Origin: an uncultured bacterium
GTDB taxonomy: Bacteria; Zixibacteria; MSB-5A5; CAIYYT01
NCBI GenBank assembly: GCA_963726455.1
Contig: CAVSCK010000005.1
Coordinates: 256,001 to 320,000, forward strand
Length of the DNA: 64,000 nt
Direction of reading: 5' to 3'
This document shows, one piece after another, positions 24,532 to 36,052 of the stretch (its first letter is position 1; each line of letters begins with the position of its first letter). The position numbers and the translations under genes are program-made. The notes below the pieces were generated by a model. The model did not search any database. It was not told the DNA's origin and saw only the letters and a program-made list of their open reading frames with translations.

Positions 24532-26460
24532 GTGGCAGACAATTTGGCCTACAAAATTCTCAAGGAACACCTGGTCGATGGCGAGATGAAGCCGGGAAGC
24601 GAAATTGGAATTCGGATCGATCAAACGCTGACGCAGGATGCGACCGGCACGATGGCCTATTTGCAGTTCGAAGCGATGGGATTGGATCGCGTCAAGACCA
24701 AGATTTCCGTGTCCTATGTCGACCACAACATGTTGCAGACGGGATTTGAGAACGCCGATGATCACATGTATTTGCAGACGGTTGCCGCGAATTACGGCAT
24801 CTATTTTTCTAAGCCCGGAAACGGCATTTGTCATCAGGTGCATCTGGAACGTTTCGGCGTGCCGGGCATGACGTTGCTGGGATCCGATTCACACACACCG
24901 ACCGGAGGCGCACTGGGAATGATTGCCATCGGCGCAGGTGGTCTGGATGTCGCCGTGGCAATGGGTGGCGGCGCGTTCTATCTCCCCTGCCCTCGCATTG
25001 TTGGTGTGCATTTGACGGGCAAACTGCAACCGTGGGTGAGTGGCAAGGATGTTATACTGGAAGTACTGCGGCAATTGACGGTCAAGGGCGGAGTCGGCAA
25101 CGTGATCGAGTATTTCGGCGAAGGCGTTAAGTCCCTTTCGCTGACACAGCGCGCGACCATCACGAACATGGGCGCCGAACTCGGAGCAACCTGCTCTGTA
25201 TTTCCAGCGGATGAAAATACCCTGCAATACCTGAAGGCGCAGAACCGCGAAAAGGATTTCAAGCCGTTGGCGGCCGATCCGGGCGCAACCTACGACAAGA
25301 CCATAGAGATTGATCTGGCCAAACTCGAACCGATGATTGCCAAGCCGCATTCACCTGATAGCGTGGTCAAAGTCCGTGACGTTGCCGGCACCAAGGCACA
25401 GCAGGTTTGCATCGGTTCCTGCACGAACTCGTCGCTGTACGATCTGGAAATCTCGGCCGCAATTTTGAAAGGCAAACAGGTATATCCGGAGACCAGTGTG
25501 ACCATCACTCCGGGCTCAAAGCAGGTCTACAAGATGGTTTCTGATTCGGGTGCAATGGCGGAAATGATTGCCGCGGGTGCGCGCATTCTGGAATCTGCCT
25601 GCGGCCCCTGTATCGGCATGGGACAGGCGCCGGCGTCGGGCAGCGTGTCCGTGCGGTCGTTTAACCGCAATTTCGAGGGGCGCTCCGGCACCAAAGATTC
25701 GTATGTGTATCTCGCGTCGCCCGAAACTTGCGCCGCAACTGCCTTGAAGGGCGTGATTACCGACCCGCGCGATCTGGGGACACAACCGACGCTGCATCTT
25801 CCGGACAAGTTCTATATCGATGATCGCAGTGTGTTGCCGCCGGCCAAGGACGGCGACCGTCCGAAGATCGTCCGGGGACCGAACATCAAACCGCTGCCGA
25901 CGCGCGGGGCGATGGCTGACAAACTGAACGGCAAAGCGCTGCTAAAGCTGGGCGACAATATTTCGACCGACCATATCATGCCGGCGGGCGCCAAGATTCT
26001 GCCGCTGCGCTCCAATATTCCGGCGATTTCGGAATTCGTGTTTTTCTACGTCGATCAGAATTTCCCGAAGCGCGCCAAGGAAGCTGGAAGTTTCGTGGTG
26101 GTCGGTGGCGAGAACTACGGACAGGGCTCTTCGCGTGAACATGCGGCACTGGCGCCGATGTACCTCGGTCTGCAATTCGTGCTGACGAAATCTTTTGCCA
26201 GAATTCACAAGACCAATCTCGTGAATTTCGGAATTCTGCCGCTGACTTTCGCCAATCCTGCCGACTATGACAAACTCAAACAGGATGACCAACTGGAAAT
26301 TCCGAATGTGCGCGAAATGTTGCCGAAGGGCAACCGCGTCACGATCAAGAACATCTCGCAGGGATACGACTTTGATGCTCAGTTTGACCTCTCTCCTCGC
26401 CAGGTGAAGATTCTTCTGGCCGGTGGGTTGTTGAACTTCACCAAAGCAGGTGGAAAGTAG
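24532..26460 (+). CDS. acn: Aconitate hydratase (short ~640 aa type)
   Basis: QDATGTMA, DHN, GICHQVH, GSDSHT, GSCTNS, CGPCIG, NRNFEGR, STDHI and GQGSSREHAA motifs. Confidence 0.95.
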   Translation: MADNLAYKILKEHLVDGEMKPGSEIGIRIDQTLTQDATGTMAYLQFEAMGLDRVKTKISVSYVDHNMLQTGFENADDHMYLQTVAANYGIYFSKPGNGICHQVHLERFGVPGMTLLGSDSHTPTGGALGMIAIGAGGLDVAVAMGGGAFYLPCPRIVGVHLTGKLQPWVSGKDVILEVLRQLTVKGGVGNVIEYFGEGVKSLSLTQRATITNMGAELGATCSVFPADENTLQYLKAQNREKDFKPLAADPGATYDKTIEIDLAKLEPMIAKPHSPDSVVKVRDVAGTKAQQVCIGSCTNSSLYDLEISAAILKGKQVYPETSVTITPGSKQVYKMVSDSGAMAEMIAAGARILESACGPCIGMGQAPASGSVSVRSFNRNFEGRSGTKDSYVYLASPETCAATALKGVITDPRDLGTQPTLHLPDKFYIDDRSVLPPAKDGDRPKIVRGPNIKPLPTRGAMADKLNGKALLKLGDNISTDHIMPAGAKILPLRSNIPAISEFVFFYVDQNFPKRAKEAGSFVVVGGENYGQGSSREHAALAPMYLGLQFVLTKSFARIHKTNLVNFGILPLTFANPADYDKLKQDDQLEIPNVREMLPKGNRVTIKNISQGYDFDAQFDLSPRQVKILLAGGLLNFTKAGGK

Positions 26461-26505
26461 TTTTTGTAGGTTCGAATTTATTCGAGCACAAGCATAGATT
26501 TGACA

Positions 26506-26536
26506 AGGGCGACCATACGGTCGCCCTAATGTTTTT
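26506..26536 (+). terminator. Hairpin between convergent genes (terminator or REP-like)
   Basis: AGGGCGACC-ATAC-GGTCGCCCT. Confidence 0.6.
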
Positions 26537-26548
26537 CTGACTCGTCAA

Positions 26549-29500
26549 CTACGGGCAACTCGCGCAGGGAGCCGGACCGCCAGAGAAGATATAGCTTATC
26601 AGATAGACAACATCGGAGATGTCGATCGAGCCATCGCAATTTGAGTCACCGGCCGAGAGCGGATCTGGTGCCGGGCCGTTGGAGAAGATGTAACCGATGA
26701 GAAAGACGGCGTCCGAGATGTCAACTGCTCCGTCGCCATTGGCGTCGCCACAGATATAAGCGGGCACACACCCGACATCCAAAGCGCCGATCAACGACAC
26801 ACAGGTGTTATTTTCCGGAGCGCAGGGTGAGGCCGGCGTCAAGCCGAAGTCGCCAGCGACCGTGTCACAGAATAAGGGATCAGCCGAAATATTCCCTTTG
26901 ATGCCTAGTTGACCGGCGAAACCTCCGATCCAATCCCCACCGGCATTTCCAAAGAGGTCGCAGCAATTCATTTGTGGCATGTAGTACTGGGCATCCACGG
27001 CCGGGCCGAAGGTCGAGAAAGTTACGAGACAGTGATCCAAATTGAGTAGCGCCCCCTGCTCCAGGACGGCACTTTGATTTAGCGCGAAAGTGCAGCCGGA
27101 CAAATTCACTATGGCAAAGCTGCCGTGAACGCCCAGTTGATTGCTGACAAAAACGCTATTAGACACAAAGGCCTGGGACGCCGACTGCGGGGACTTGTAT
27201 CCGGAAATCATCACACCATAACTAGTCTGATTCTTGAAGATACAATTGTTGACGTTAATCTTCCCCCATTCCAGAGCCAATCCGCCGTTATTGTTCAGGA
27301 ATGAACAATCCGTCACCATCACCGAATCACCAGACAAATCTGCTGCCCAGCCGATATTAGACTGGAACTGACAGTTCGCTACCCGGATCGGTCCGTTGCG
27401 ACTGACTCCCACCAGTCCCGCGTCAGAGTTACCCATGAATGTGCACCCGATGATGGTGGCTGAACTGCCGGCTAGATTAACGCCACCCCCCGTGCTTGCC
27501 GAATTTGAATCAAACGCGCACGACAATATCTTCAGCGAAGTTCCTTCCGCGTAAATGCCGCCTCCGTAGCTGCCTCCTGTGTTGCCGCGAAACACGCAGT
27601 TGCTAATCCTGGGTGATGAGAGAAAGCAATACATTCCTCCACCGCACGGAGCCAGGTATGCTGAGTGGTCCGGCAGTCCAAAGCCGCCGGCGATCGTAAT
27701 GTCCTCGACAATCGAGGTGAAATCCTCGCAGCCACCAAAGTAAAATCCTCGACGCGGATTATCAACTGTACCCTGGCAATCAATGACAGATTGTGCTGCG
27801 CCGTGCTGCGACTTGAGGACAATTGCCTTCCCGCGAAACTCGATGTTACGATTGCCGACGCCGGTGAAGACGCCGTCAGCAACTATTACCGTGTCCCCGT
27901 GTATCGCGGAATCAATCGCGGCCTGAATTGTAGGCGCCTGACCGCTGCCGTCGGGATTGACCAGCCAGGTGCGATTCTGCGGAGAACAGCCCACACCGAG
28001 CGCTCCGATCAATACGCCACAACTGTTTTGTCCTGCGGCACAAGGGGAGTCATCCATGAGGCGGTAATCTCCGGCGTCCGCTCTGCAGAATCGCGGATTG
28101 AGCGAGAAATTCCCGTCGATGCCGATACGGTTGGTGGCACTATCGCCCGAGAAATCTCGCCTATCGGGAATTACGTCACTGCAAGTCAGCGTGAAACTAC
28201 TGAGCGCGTCACAGGTGATCGCGCTGCTATTCACGATAGTGATTATGCATCTTGCCAGCGTCGGAGACGAACCTTCCGCGAAACTTACAACTCCAAAATC
28301 GGACGGATTTCCGGTCATGGTGCAGTTGGTGATTTGTGGAGAAGATGATTGGCAATAGATGGCCGCGCCATCGCCGAGACCGTTGCCTGTGAAGAGACAA
28401 TTTGAGATGACGGGAGAGGAGTTAGTGCAATAGATACCGCCTCCCTGATAGCCCGCCGTTGATGCCAGCGTCGAGTTCTGTTTGAAATGGCAGTTTGCAA
28501 TTGTGGGGGAGGAATTGCCGCAGTAAATAGCGCCACCTTTCTCGGCAAAGCCACCCTGTATAGTGAATCCGTCGATGACCGTGCCGGCGCCTTCGCCGAA
28601 GTGTATGTAAAATCCTCGGCGCGGTGTAGACAAACTTCCCTGGCACAGGATCACCGTGGAATCCATTCCGTGCTCCGACCGGACGACGATGGCCTTGCCG
28701 CCGAGGTCGAGATCGCGATTGCCGTAACCCGAGAATGCCCCGGAGGCCACCAGCACAGTGTCTCCGGCGGCACTTGAATCAATCGCCGCCTGAATCGTCG
28801 GCGCGTCTCCCGAACCATCGGCCTTGACATGCCAGACCCTGCCTCCGGGATAGCAGGCAATTCCCTTAGCGCCGATGAGAACGCTACAACTGTTGTTGGC
28901 CGGAGCACAGGGAGAGGCACTCGATACTGTATAATCATGGTTCTGCACGTTGCAGAAGCTCGGAGCAGACGAAAAATTTCCGTTTACACTCCCCTGTCCC
29001 GCGATACACCCGATCCAGTCGCCGCCGGCACAGCCATAAATGTCAGTGCAAAAGAACGTGGGTTGACAGGGATCACCCGGGCACTCGAATGCAGAATAGT
29101 ACTGAGACCAGGCAATGATCGAGTTCTTGATCACCGGGTTGCTCCCATTGCAGTAAAAAGCATCTCCAATAATGGTGCAATTGGTGAAGACCGGGGCGGA
29201 CGGAGTCCCCAAGAAAATCTGGTACGGCACATTACTACTTCCATTTTCGTAGAAGACACATCCAGTTACCCTCGGCGCGCCACTGTCGCAACCAAGAGCC
29301 CCCTGGTCGTTCAACGTGAACAAACAACTGTCTATCCTGGCGTCGGAACTCCTGCAGAAAACACCGGCTCCATTGGTGCCGAGGTTCGAAATGAATTGGC
29401 AGTCAACAATTTGTGGCGACGCGCCGAGACAGAGGATACCGCCTCCTATCTCCCAGTACTCTTGCACGATAGAGGCATATCCGTTTGTGATGGTAAATCC

Positions 29501-29857
29501 CCTCACAACCGAATTACTATCCTCGCCTGAGTGAAAGTAGAATGCGCGATGAGGATCCAGGTTGGTGCCTTGACAATCAATTGTGGTTGCTGTCGGACCG
29601 GCAATTGATTTGACCACGATCTGCTTCCCCAGGAAGTCGAGGTCGCGGTTTCCCGTCCCGGTATATGTCCCGCCGGCCACGATAACGGTGTCGCCAATCT
29701 GGGCCGCATCAATGCCTCCCTGAATCGTGGCTACATCGACTGGAACGCGAATGACGGAACCGAAGAGATCCGAGAAATGTGATGAAAACAGCAGGATTGA
29801 GAGGATCAGCGCCCAAGAGCGCCGGAACCGATTCGATGTCGGCATGCTACGGTGCAC
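26549..29857 (-). CDS. Secreted right-handed beta-helix (pectin lyase-like) protein with three internal repeats and a C-terminal dockerin-like domain
   Basis: Three TIQ(A/G)xID...GDT modules, each ending in SPCA; C-terminal CGDANGDGAVDISD...GDSNCDGSIDISD; AAAGGAG RBS before GTG 29857. Confidence 0.85.
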   Translation of the reverse strand: MHRSMPTSNRFRRSWALILSILLFSSHFSDLFGSVIRVPVDVATIQGGIDAAQIGDTVIVAGGTYTGTGNRDLDFLGKQIVVKSIAGPTATTIDCQGTNLDPHRAFYFHSGEDSNSVVRGFTITNGYASIVQEYWEIGGGILCLGASPQIVDCQFISNLGTNGAGVFCRSSDARIDSCLFTLNDQGALGCDSGAPRVTGCVFYENGSSNVPYQIFLGTPSAPVFTNCTIIGDAFYCNGSNPVIKNSIIAWSQYYSAFECPGDPCQPTFFCTDIYGCAGGDWIGCIAGQGSVNGNFSSAPSFCNVQNHDYTVSSASPCAPANNSCSVLIGAKGIACYPGGRVWHVKADGSGDAPTIQAAIDSSAAGDTVLVASGAFSGYGNRDLDLGGKAIVVRSEHGMDSTVILCQGSLSTPRRGFYIHFGEGAGTVIDGFTIQGGFAEKGGAIYCGNSSPTIANCHFKQNSTLASTAGYQGGGIYCTNSSPVISNCLFTGNGLGDGAAIYCQSSSPQITNCTMTGNPSDFGVVSFAEGSSPTLARCIITIVNSSAITCDALSSFTLTCSDVIPDRRDFSGDSATNRIGIDGNFSLNPRFCRADAGDYRLMDDSPCAAGQNSCGVLIGALGVGCSPQNRTWLVNPDGSGQAPTIQAAIDSAIHGDTVIVADGVFTGVGNRNIEFRGKAIVLKSQHGAAQSVIDCQGTVDNPRRGFYFGGCEDFTSIVEDITIAGGFGLPDHSAYLAPCGGGMYCFLSSPRISNCVFRGNTGGSYGGGIYAEGTSLKILSCAFDSNSASTGGGVNLAGSSATIIGCTFMGNSDAGLVGVSRNGPIRVANCQFQSNIGWAADLSGDSVMVTDCSFLNNNGGLALEWGKINVNNCIFKNQTSYGVMISGYKSPQSASQAFVSNSVFVSNQLGVHGSFAIVNLSGCTFALNQSAVLEQGALLNLDHCLVTFSTFGPAVDAQYYMPQMNCCDLFGNAGGDWIGGFAGQLGIKGNISADPLFCDTVAGDFGLTPASPCAPENNTCVSLIGALDVGCVPAYICGDANGDGAVDISDAVFLIGYIFSNGPAPDPLSAGDSNCDGSIDISDVVYLISYIFSGGPAPCASCP

Positions 29858-30168
29858 AAATGCTCCTTTGAACGACGACGAAAATTGTTTGGTCTTGAAC
29901 CAGTAGCAGTCGAATCGGTAAGAATTACTCCGGTGCCAGGGAAAATCTAATAGTAGATTCTTGCATCGACAGTATACACAATGGGGCATAATTGTCAAGT
30001 GAAAACTGTTCGGGACGCTTCAACAGCTATCAAGGCCACCGGCAGGCAGTCGCGTCGGGCAAGTCCAAAAAGCGGTTGACGGCGGTTAGCGCTTTGGGTA
30101 ATATGAGTGCCAATCTTTAGCGGGGCCGTACGTAGTATTTTTTGCACTTCAACGCCGAGTAGAAGGTT

Positions 30169-31266
30169 ATGACAAACATAAAGAGCACGCCGTTCACCAG
30201 AATTAACGAGCAAGCCGGCGCCAAGATGGTCGAATTTGCCGGCTACAACATGCCGATTCAGTACCGTTCGATTAACCAGGAACACCTCAAAGTCCGCAAG
30301 AGCGTGGGACTGTTCGATCTCTCACACATGGGAGAGTTTTTCGTTAAGGGTGACAAGGCGCTGGAGTTTATCCAGAAGATGACGACCAACGACGCGGCAT
30401 CTTTGCGAATGAATCAGGTGCAATACTCTTCACTGCCGTATCCTGAAGGTGGATTGGTTGATGACTTGTTGGTCTATCGCTTGCCTGATCAGTACTTGCT
30501 GGTGGTGAATGCCGCCAATATTGATAAGGATTGGGCGTGGCTGGTGGAGCATAAGCCGGCAGGAGTGGAACTGACGAATCGCTCCGATGACTTCGGTCTG
30601 CTGGCTATTCAAGGGCCCCACGCCGAGCCGGTTATGGCGAAACTGACCGACTACGATTTGAGCAAAATTGGCTTCTACGAGTCCGCTTTGTCCAGGATTT
30701 GTGGCAAAGAAACGTTATTCAGCCGCACCGGTTATACTGGAGAGGATGGCTTTGAAATTTACTGCGACCCGTCGATCGCCGAGGAGTTGTGGCAACGGGC
30801 GATGGCAGCCGGAAAGCAGTTTGACGTTGAGCCGATTGGTTTAGGCGCCAGGGACAGCTTGCGGCTGGAGATGCGTTACATGTTGTACGGCAACGACATA
30901 GACAGGACGACGAACCCCATCGAGGCAGGCTTGGGCTGGATCTGCAAGCCGGAAAAAGGCGAGTTTATCGGGCGGGACAAGATCGTGGCAATGAAAGAAG
31001 ACAAGCCCAAGCGCAAGTTGCAGTCTTTGGTATTGAAGGAGAAAGCCATCCCACGGCACGGCTACCCGATTTTTGTTGGCAACGAGAACGTTGGCCACGT
31101 AACTTCGGGTTGCTTCAGCCCGTCACTGGAGATGGGCGTCGCCTTAGGATATGTTGACAGCAAGTTTGGCAAAATCGGGGAGACGGTGGACATTGACATT
31201 CGCGGCAAGCGTGTAGCCGCTGAAGTAGTTAAAGGCGCCTTCTACAAACAAGGCACCCACAAGTAG
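30169..31266 (+). CDS. gcvT: Glycine cleavage system aminomethyltransferase T
   Basis: FAGYNMP, LFDLSHMGE, SRTGYTGEDGFE and GLGARDSLRLE motifs. Confidence 0.97.
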   Translation: MTNIKSTPFTRINEQAGAKMVEFAGYNMPIQYRSINQEHLKVRKSVGLFDLSHMGEFFVKGDKALEFIQKMTTNDAASLRMNQVQYSSLPYPEGGLVDDLLVYRLPDQYLLVVNAANIDKDWAWLVEHKPAGVELTNRSDDFGLLAIQGPHAEPVMAKLTDYDLSKIGFYESALSRICGKETLFSRTGYTGEDGFEIYCDPSIAEELWQRAMAAGKQFDVEPIGLGARDSLRLEMRYMLYGNDIDRTTNPIEAGLGWICKPEKGEFIGRDKIVAMKEDKPKRKLQSLVLKEKAIPRHGYPIFVGNENVGHVTSGCFSPSLEMGVALGYVDSKFGKIGETVDIDIRGKRVAAEVVKGAFYKQGTHK

Positions 31267-31271
31267 GACTG

Positions 31272-32018
31272 ATGAAAGTTAAGCTATATTTCACACCAAC
31301 GCCTTTGACAGAGGCGAAACTCAGGGGCAGAACCACGATTGTGGTGGACATTCTGCGCGCGTCCACGACGATCTGTACAGCAATCCAGAACGGCTGCCGG
31401 GAGATAATCCCCGTGGCAACCGTCGGCGACGCGGCAGCAATTCGCGCCAATCTGGACCGCGACAGCGTGCTGGTTTGCGGCGAACGCGAAGGCATGAAGA
31501 TTGAAGGTTTCGATCTGGGCAACTCCCCTGCCGAATACAGCGAGCAGGTCGTCAAAGGCAAAGTCCTGGTGTTTGCTTCCACCAACGGTTCACGCGCCAT
31601 CCTCAAATGTGCGCCATCCGCCGCTACTTTCGTCTGCGGATTCGTCAATCTCAACTCGGTTGTGGATATCACGCGCAAGTTTGACCGTGATGTGGCGATT
31701 GTCTGCGCGGGCAAACTGGGCAACTTCTCGCTGGAGGACACCTTCTGCGGCGGCGCCATTATCGAACGACTGCAGCAGGGCGGCAAATATGAGGTCGCCA
31801 ATGATGCGGCGCAAGTGGCACTAATGTTGTATAAGAATCAAGGCCAGCCCTTGGAAGCGGTGATCCGTCAGGCGGATCACGCCCGTTATTTGATCGGCCT
31901 TGGATTTGAGAGCGACATCGCGACAGCAGCGGCGCTGGACACAATCAATGTGGTGCCGGTGCTGAGCGGAAACAAGATAGTGGACGCTCAAAAGCACAAA
32001 CTAGAAGGAACAATTTGA
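31272..32018 (+). CDS. comB: 2-phosphosulfolactate phosphatase family protein
   Basis: VVDILRASTTI, GEREG...GFDLGNSP, STNGS and LEDTFCGG motifs. Confidence 0.92.
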   Translation: MKVKLYFTPTPLTEAKLRGRTTIVVDILRASTTICTAIQNGCREIIPVATVGDAAAIRANLDRDSVLVCGEREGMKIEGFDLGNSPAEYSEQVVKGKVLVFASTNGSRAILKCAPSAATFVCGFVNLNSVVDITRKFDRDVAIVCAGKLGNFSLEDTFCGGAIIERLQQGGKYEVANDAAQVALMLYKNQGQPLEAVIRQADHARYLIGLGFESDIATAAALDTINVVPVLSGNKIVDAQKHKLEGTI

Positions 32019-33895
32019 CCATTCGCATTGTCCTCAGCGCTCTGCTGATCTTCCTGGGCAGTTCCGTCGCAAAAGGGTCCAAACCCAACGCCTTCTTCTT
32101 CACTTGTGATTTCATGGAGAAGTATCAGGACTCGGCCTGGCAAGTGGTCGACAGCCGGTCTTTTGCGGCGCCGTTGGAAGCTGATTTTCAGTTTTCAATG
32201 GGCAATTTCTCTTACCGCCTGCGCCCTGATTCCTTAAGCAGCAAAGCCGTGAAGCTTGAGTCGCAGGTCAACTGTTTCGACACGTCCTGGCGGAACTTCT
32301 TTGACCAGAAAGTTGTGACCAAGGGAGCTTCAGTATTCTTCGACTCGGCGCTGGTCAGGGGCAGTTCTGTCTATCGGATACGCCTCACCTTCGATTCACT
32401 TGCCAATTCAAACAGCGAATGCAGTTACAAATATGGGGATTCGAGTTTCGTCTCGGATCCGTCCGGTAAGTATGAGATCTTCTATATCAAGAAATCTCTT
32501 GGCGACGTGCGCTGGAATCAGATCCGCGATGCGCTCGAACGCGACTACAAAAATATCGCGCCGATTTATGAACTGAAAGACCAGTCGCGGATCAATTACT
32601 TCATCTCCCCCTGTCGGGTTGCCGATGTTGGTTGGGATCCACGTTGGGAAAATGCCATCGATCTGTCGCGCAACAATGTCTTCACCCAGTATAGTACCAA
32701 CGTGAATCAAATTTACATGGACATAGTAATGATGTTGCGGTTCTTGCGCAACTGGGGCTACTCACCGTCGCTTCTTCTGGAGGGAGCGGCATGCGCGCCG
32801 GATTTTTGCGACCTGTATGCCAAAGAGGATTTGCAGAGCCACAAACTTCCGTCTTTAGCCACGGTCGGCGTATCGAAAAAATACCGGGCACTGGATCGAA
32901 CACGTTCGTCGGCTATGGCGGGATCGTTTGCGAATTACCTTCTGCGCACACAAGGCCTGACCAAATACCGGGACTTTTATCAAAGGTGTACTGATTTGAC
33001 ATTGGCTCAGACGTTCCAGCAGGTCTTCGGAAGGCCGTTGAGCGACGTCGAGAGCGAGTGGCACGGCTATCTGGACACGCTCACCTTCAAGGCCTCGGCC
33101 TACCTATACCATATTGAGCGGGCGCAAGTGTTTATGCGTGTCGACGAGATGAAGCAACTGGGCGAAGAAGGGCTGGCCGCGACACATGATACGACACGGT
33201 TTGGGCCGACGCTTTCAGGCATCTACTACTCGTTGGGTGATTACAGCCGCGCCGCGGCATTCTTCAGGTATCAGATGCAGCACGACACATCCAGTCACTC
33301 CAGCGGGGTGTTTCTGGCTAATATGCTGTTGGCGGACGGCAAAATTGCGGCCGCAGAAAGCTTATACTTGAGGGTGGCAGAAACCGACACGTCCGATACT
33401 TATGCCAGTCAGAAACTCGCACTTATCGATCTTCATCACAAGAAACCGGCTGCGAGCATTGAACTGCTGCAGAAGGCAGGTCGAAAGAACACAATCCCGG
33501 CAAATGGAATCGACATAGATCTGGCCCTCGGAGACGCCTATTCAGTTTCGGGCCAAACCGACTCGGCGCGGGTGCATTATCAACTCGCGCTGGATCATTC
33601 CAAAATCCTGATTTCGAGCGCAAGCGATAATCCCATGCACTACTTGCGCGCCGGAAGAGCCGCGCTTCGACTTGACTCACCCAAAGTGGCGCAGGACTAT
33701 TTGCAGACTGCGTTCTTCCTGGAGGAACGGATGTTCTATCTTGGCCAGATCCTGCTGGCTCTGGGTCAGACGAACGACGTTCTCGGTGATCGCAAGACGG
33801 CGCTGGAGAACTATCACAAGGTCTTGAAATTCCCGACCGCATATCTTGATCGTCAGGAGGCGGAAAAATATCTGCAGTCTGCCTACCACAACTGA
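32015..33895 (+). CDS. Secreted protein with MA-like middle region and C-terminal TPRs
   Basis: Signal peptide; AGSFANYL...FQQVFG...EW pattern; TPR helices at the C-terminus. Confidence 0.65.
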   Translation: MTIRIVLSALLIFLGSSVAKGSKPNAFFFTCDFMEKYQDSAWQVVDSRSFAAPLEADFQFSMGNFSYRLRPDSLSSKAVKLESQVNCFDTSWRNFFDQKVVTKGASVFFDSALVRGSSVYRIRLTFDSLANSNSECSYKYGDSSFVSDPSGKYEIFYIKKSLGDVRWNQIRDALERDYKNIAPIYELKDQSRINYFISPCRVADVGWDPRWENAIDLSRNNVFTQYSTNVNQIYMDIVMMLRFLRNWGYSPSLLLEGAACAPDFCDLYAKEDLQSHKLPSLATVGVSKKYRALDRTRSSAMAGSFANYLLRTQGLTKYRDFYQRCTDLTLAQTFQQVFGRPLSDVESEWHGYLDTLTFKASAYLYHIERAQVFMRVDEMKQLGEEGLAATHDTTRFGPTLSGIYYSLGDYSRAAAFFRYQMQHDTSSHSSGVFLANMLLADGKIAAAESLYLRVAETDTSDTYASQKLALIDLHHKKPAASIELLQKAGRKNTIPANGIDIDLALGDAYSVSGQTDSARVHYQLALDHSKILISSASDNPMHYLRAGRAALRLDSPKVAQDYLQTAFFLEERMFYLGQILLALGQTNDVLGDRKTALENYHKVLKFPTAYLDRQEAEKYLQSAYHN

Positions 33896-33948
33896 CAACG
33901 ACCCGGCACAGAATCAGACTGTAAGACAATCCGCGCGTATAGGATAAT

Positions 33949-36052
33949 ATGAATTTTATCAACCCCTTCCTGCTCCTGTTTGCTGCGGCTGCCAGCATTC
34001 CCTTGCTGCTGCATTTGTTCAATCGCCAACGGGTCAAGGTTGTCGAGTTCTCTACCGTCAAGTATCTGCTGTCTTTGCAAAAGACCCGGATGCGCAAGAT
34101 CCGCGTTCGGCAGATTCTGTTATTGATCTTGCGCACATTGGCTCTGGCGGCAATCGCGTTTGCCTTTGCGCGCCCGACCATTGAAGGCGGTTACCTGCCG
34201 GCACTGGGCGGCAAGAGCACGACGACGGCGATTATTATGCTCGATATTTCCGGCTCAGCGCAGACGGAAACCAACTCCGGCAGTTTCTTCGAGCGAGAGA
34301 TCGACAAGGCGACGCAGATCATGAGCAATTTCCGGGAGAAGGAGCGCGTCGAGATTATCGGTTTCGGCTCGTCCATTCTCTACGATTCCGGCGAACCGAC
34401 GTCCGATTTCGATCGTCTGCGGGCACTGCTCAAGTCGATGCAGCCATCCTTTTCGGCGGCTGCCCCGCAATTGGCGTTTCTGCGCGCTGAGGAAGTGCTG
34501 AAGAACAGCCATGATCCCAACCTTGAAGTCTATCTGATCAGTGACCTGCAGGGTCAGGTGTGGAAGAATTTCGATTTCGAGATGTTTCAGACCAACCACC
34601 TGAACGTGAAATTATTTATTTCGCGCGTGTCACCCAAGACGGTTGACAACGTCTCGGTACAGACGATCAAGTTTCCGAATCAGTTGATCACCGCCGGACG
34701 GGAATTCAGTCTGCAAGGCGAGATCAAGAATTTCAAAGCGGAAAATTCCGCCGACTTGTTGGTGTCACTTGACTTGAACGACAAGAAGGTGGCGCAGACT
34801 GATCTGGCGATTGCTCCCGGAGCAGCCGGAAAGATTACGTTCACGAACAATGCGCCGGCGAGTGGATTCATGTATGGATCGGTCAGCATCGACGACGATG
34901 AGCTCCTGCCCGATAATCATTTCAGCTTCGCCATGAAGATACCGTCGAGTAGTCATGTGGCGCTGGTCTCGGACGACGATCAGGAAGCTTTCTATATTCA
35001 GAAAGCGCTGGCGCCGGTGGCGAATGGCAGCTTCACCAAACAGGTGACCCTGGTCGGCACGCTGCAGGCAAGCAGCGCCAATCTGTTCAGCTATGATGCC
35101 GTTATTGTGAGTCTCACGGGACAGATGCCGGCGGCATTGGTGTCGAGTCTGCGCAGCTATATCAATTCGGGCGGCGCCGTGTTGTTCATGATGCGTCCTG
35201 ATATTGATTGGCGCGACTTCTCCGATAAAATCGCATCGCCAATATTCAGAATAAGGGCCGTCGAGGCGCCGCCTACACCGACTCCGCAATCGGGAAAGTA
35301 TCTCTTGAATCGTTTTGATTTCGATCATCCATTGTTCTCGCCATACAAACAGTTCACCGCGGACAAACTACCGCAGGCAGAATTTCTCGGTCATTTCCGC
35401 ACCGTCGAGGAGGCATCGAGCCGGGTGCTGGCAAGGTTTTCCGACAACATGCCGGCGGTGCTCGAGGGAAGTGTCGGCAAAGGCAAGGCGCTGCTGTACA
35501 CTTTCAGTCTCGACGAACGTTACAGTGACATCGTCCAGCGGCCGTTTATGGTGATTCTGCTAAATCGCTCGCTTGAGTATCTCGTGTCGGAACCGCTCAA
35601 TCAGCGGGAGAATCTGATTTCGGGAACTGAGGTAACGCGCGAATTGGGAGTTCTCAGACGCCAAACAATTCTCGCTGGTTGATCCCGACAATGACACCAC
35701 TCAACTCTCGCCGGCGTTTCGCACCGGCGAAGTAATTTTCAATGTTGGACGGGTGCAACATCCCGGAATTTACAAGATCATCGGCGACGGAGCCGTCGTA
35801 GATGTGTTTGCGGTTAACTTCCCTTCCGAGGAATCGGAACCGCTGTACAACGAACCGGAGGCGGTAGGCAGCAAGGTCACCGGCGCCACCACGATTGTGC
35901 TTGACTACGCAGCCGATCCGGCCGCAGTGATCAAATCGGCGCGCTACGGAACCGAACTCTGGAAGCTGTTCCTGCTAATTGGTTTTGTGCTACTGATGGT
36001 TGAGATGGCAGTCGCTTACGGCGGCAAGCAGAGCGAGGGCGCCGCAACTTGA
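33949..36052 (+). CDS. BatA/vWA-domain membrane protein, split by a +1 frameshift at 35646-35648
   Basis: FINP...IPLLLHL, FARP, DISGS, ISDLQ and C-terminal ELWK...EM. Removing one G restores ELEFSDAKQF...VQHPGIY. Confidence 0.85.

Noticed and set aside
26760-29760. Internal repeats as a CRISPR array or DGR template/variable repeats
   Set aside because: These are diverged protein-level domain repeats, with no spacers, no adenine-specific mismatch pattern noticed and no reverse transcriptase in the window.
29999-30168. Glycine riboswitch expected upstream of gcvT
   Set aside because: No GGAGA/CCGAAG/CTCTCAGG core is visible, and the leader is short.
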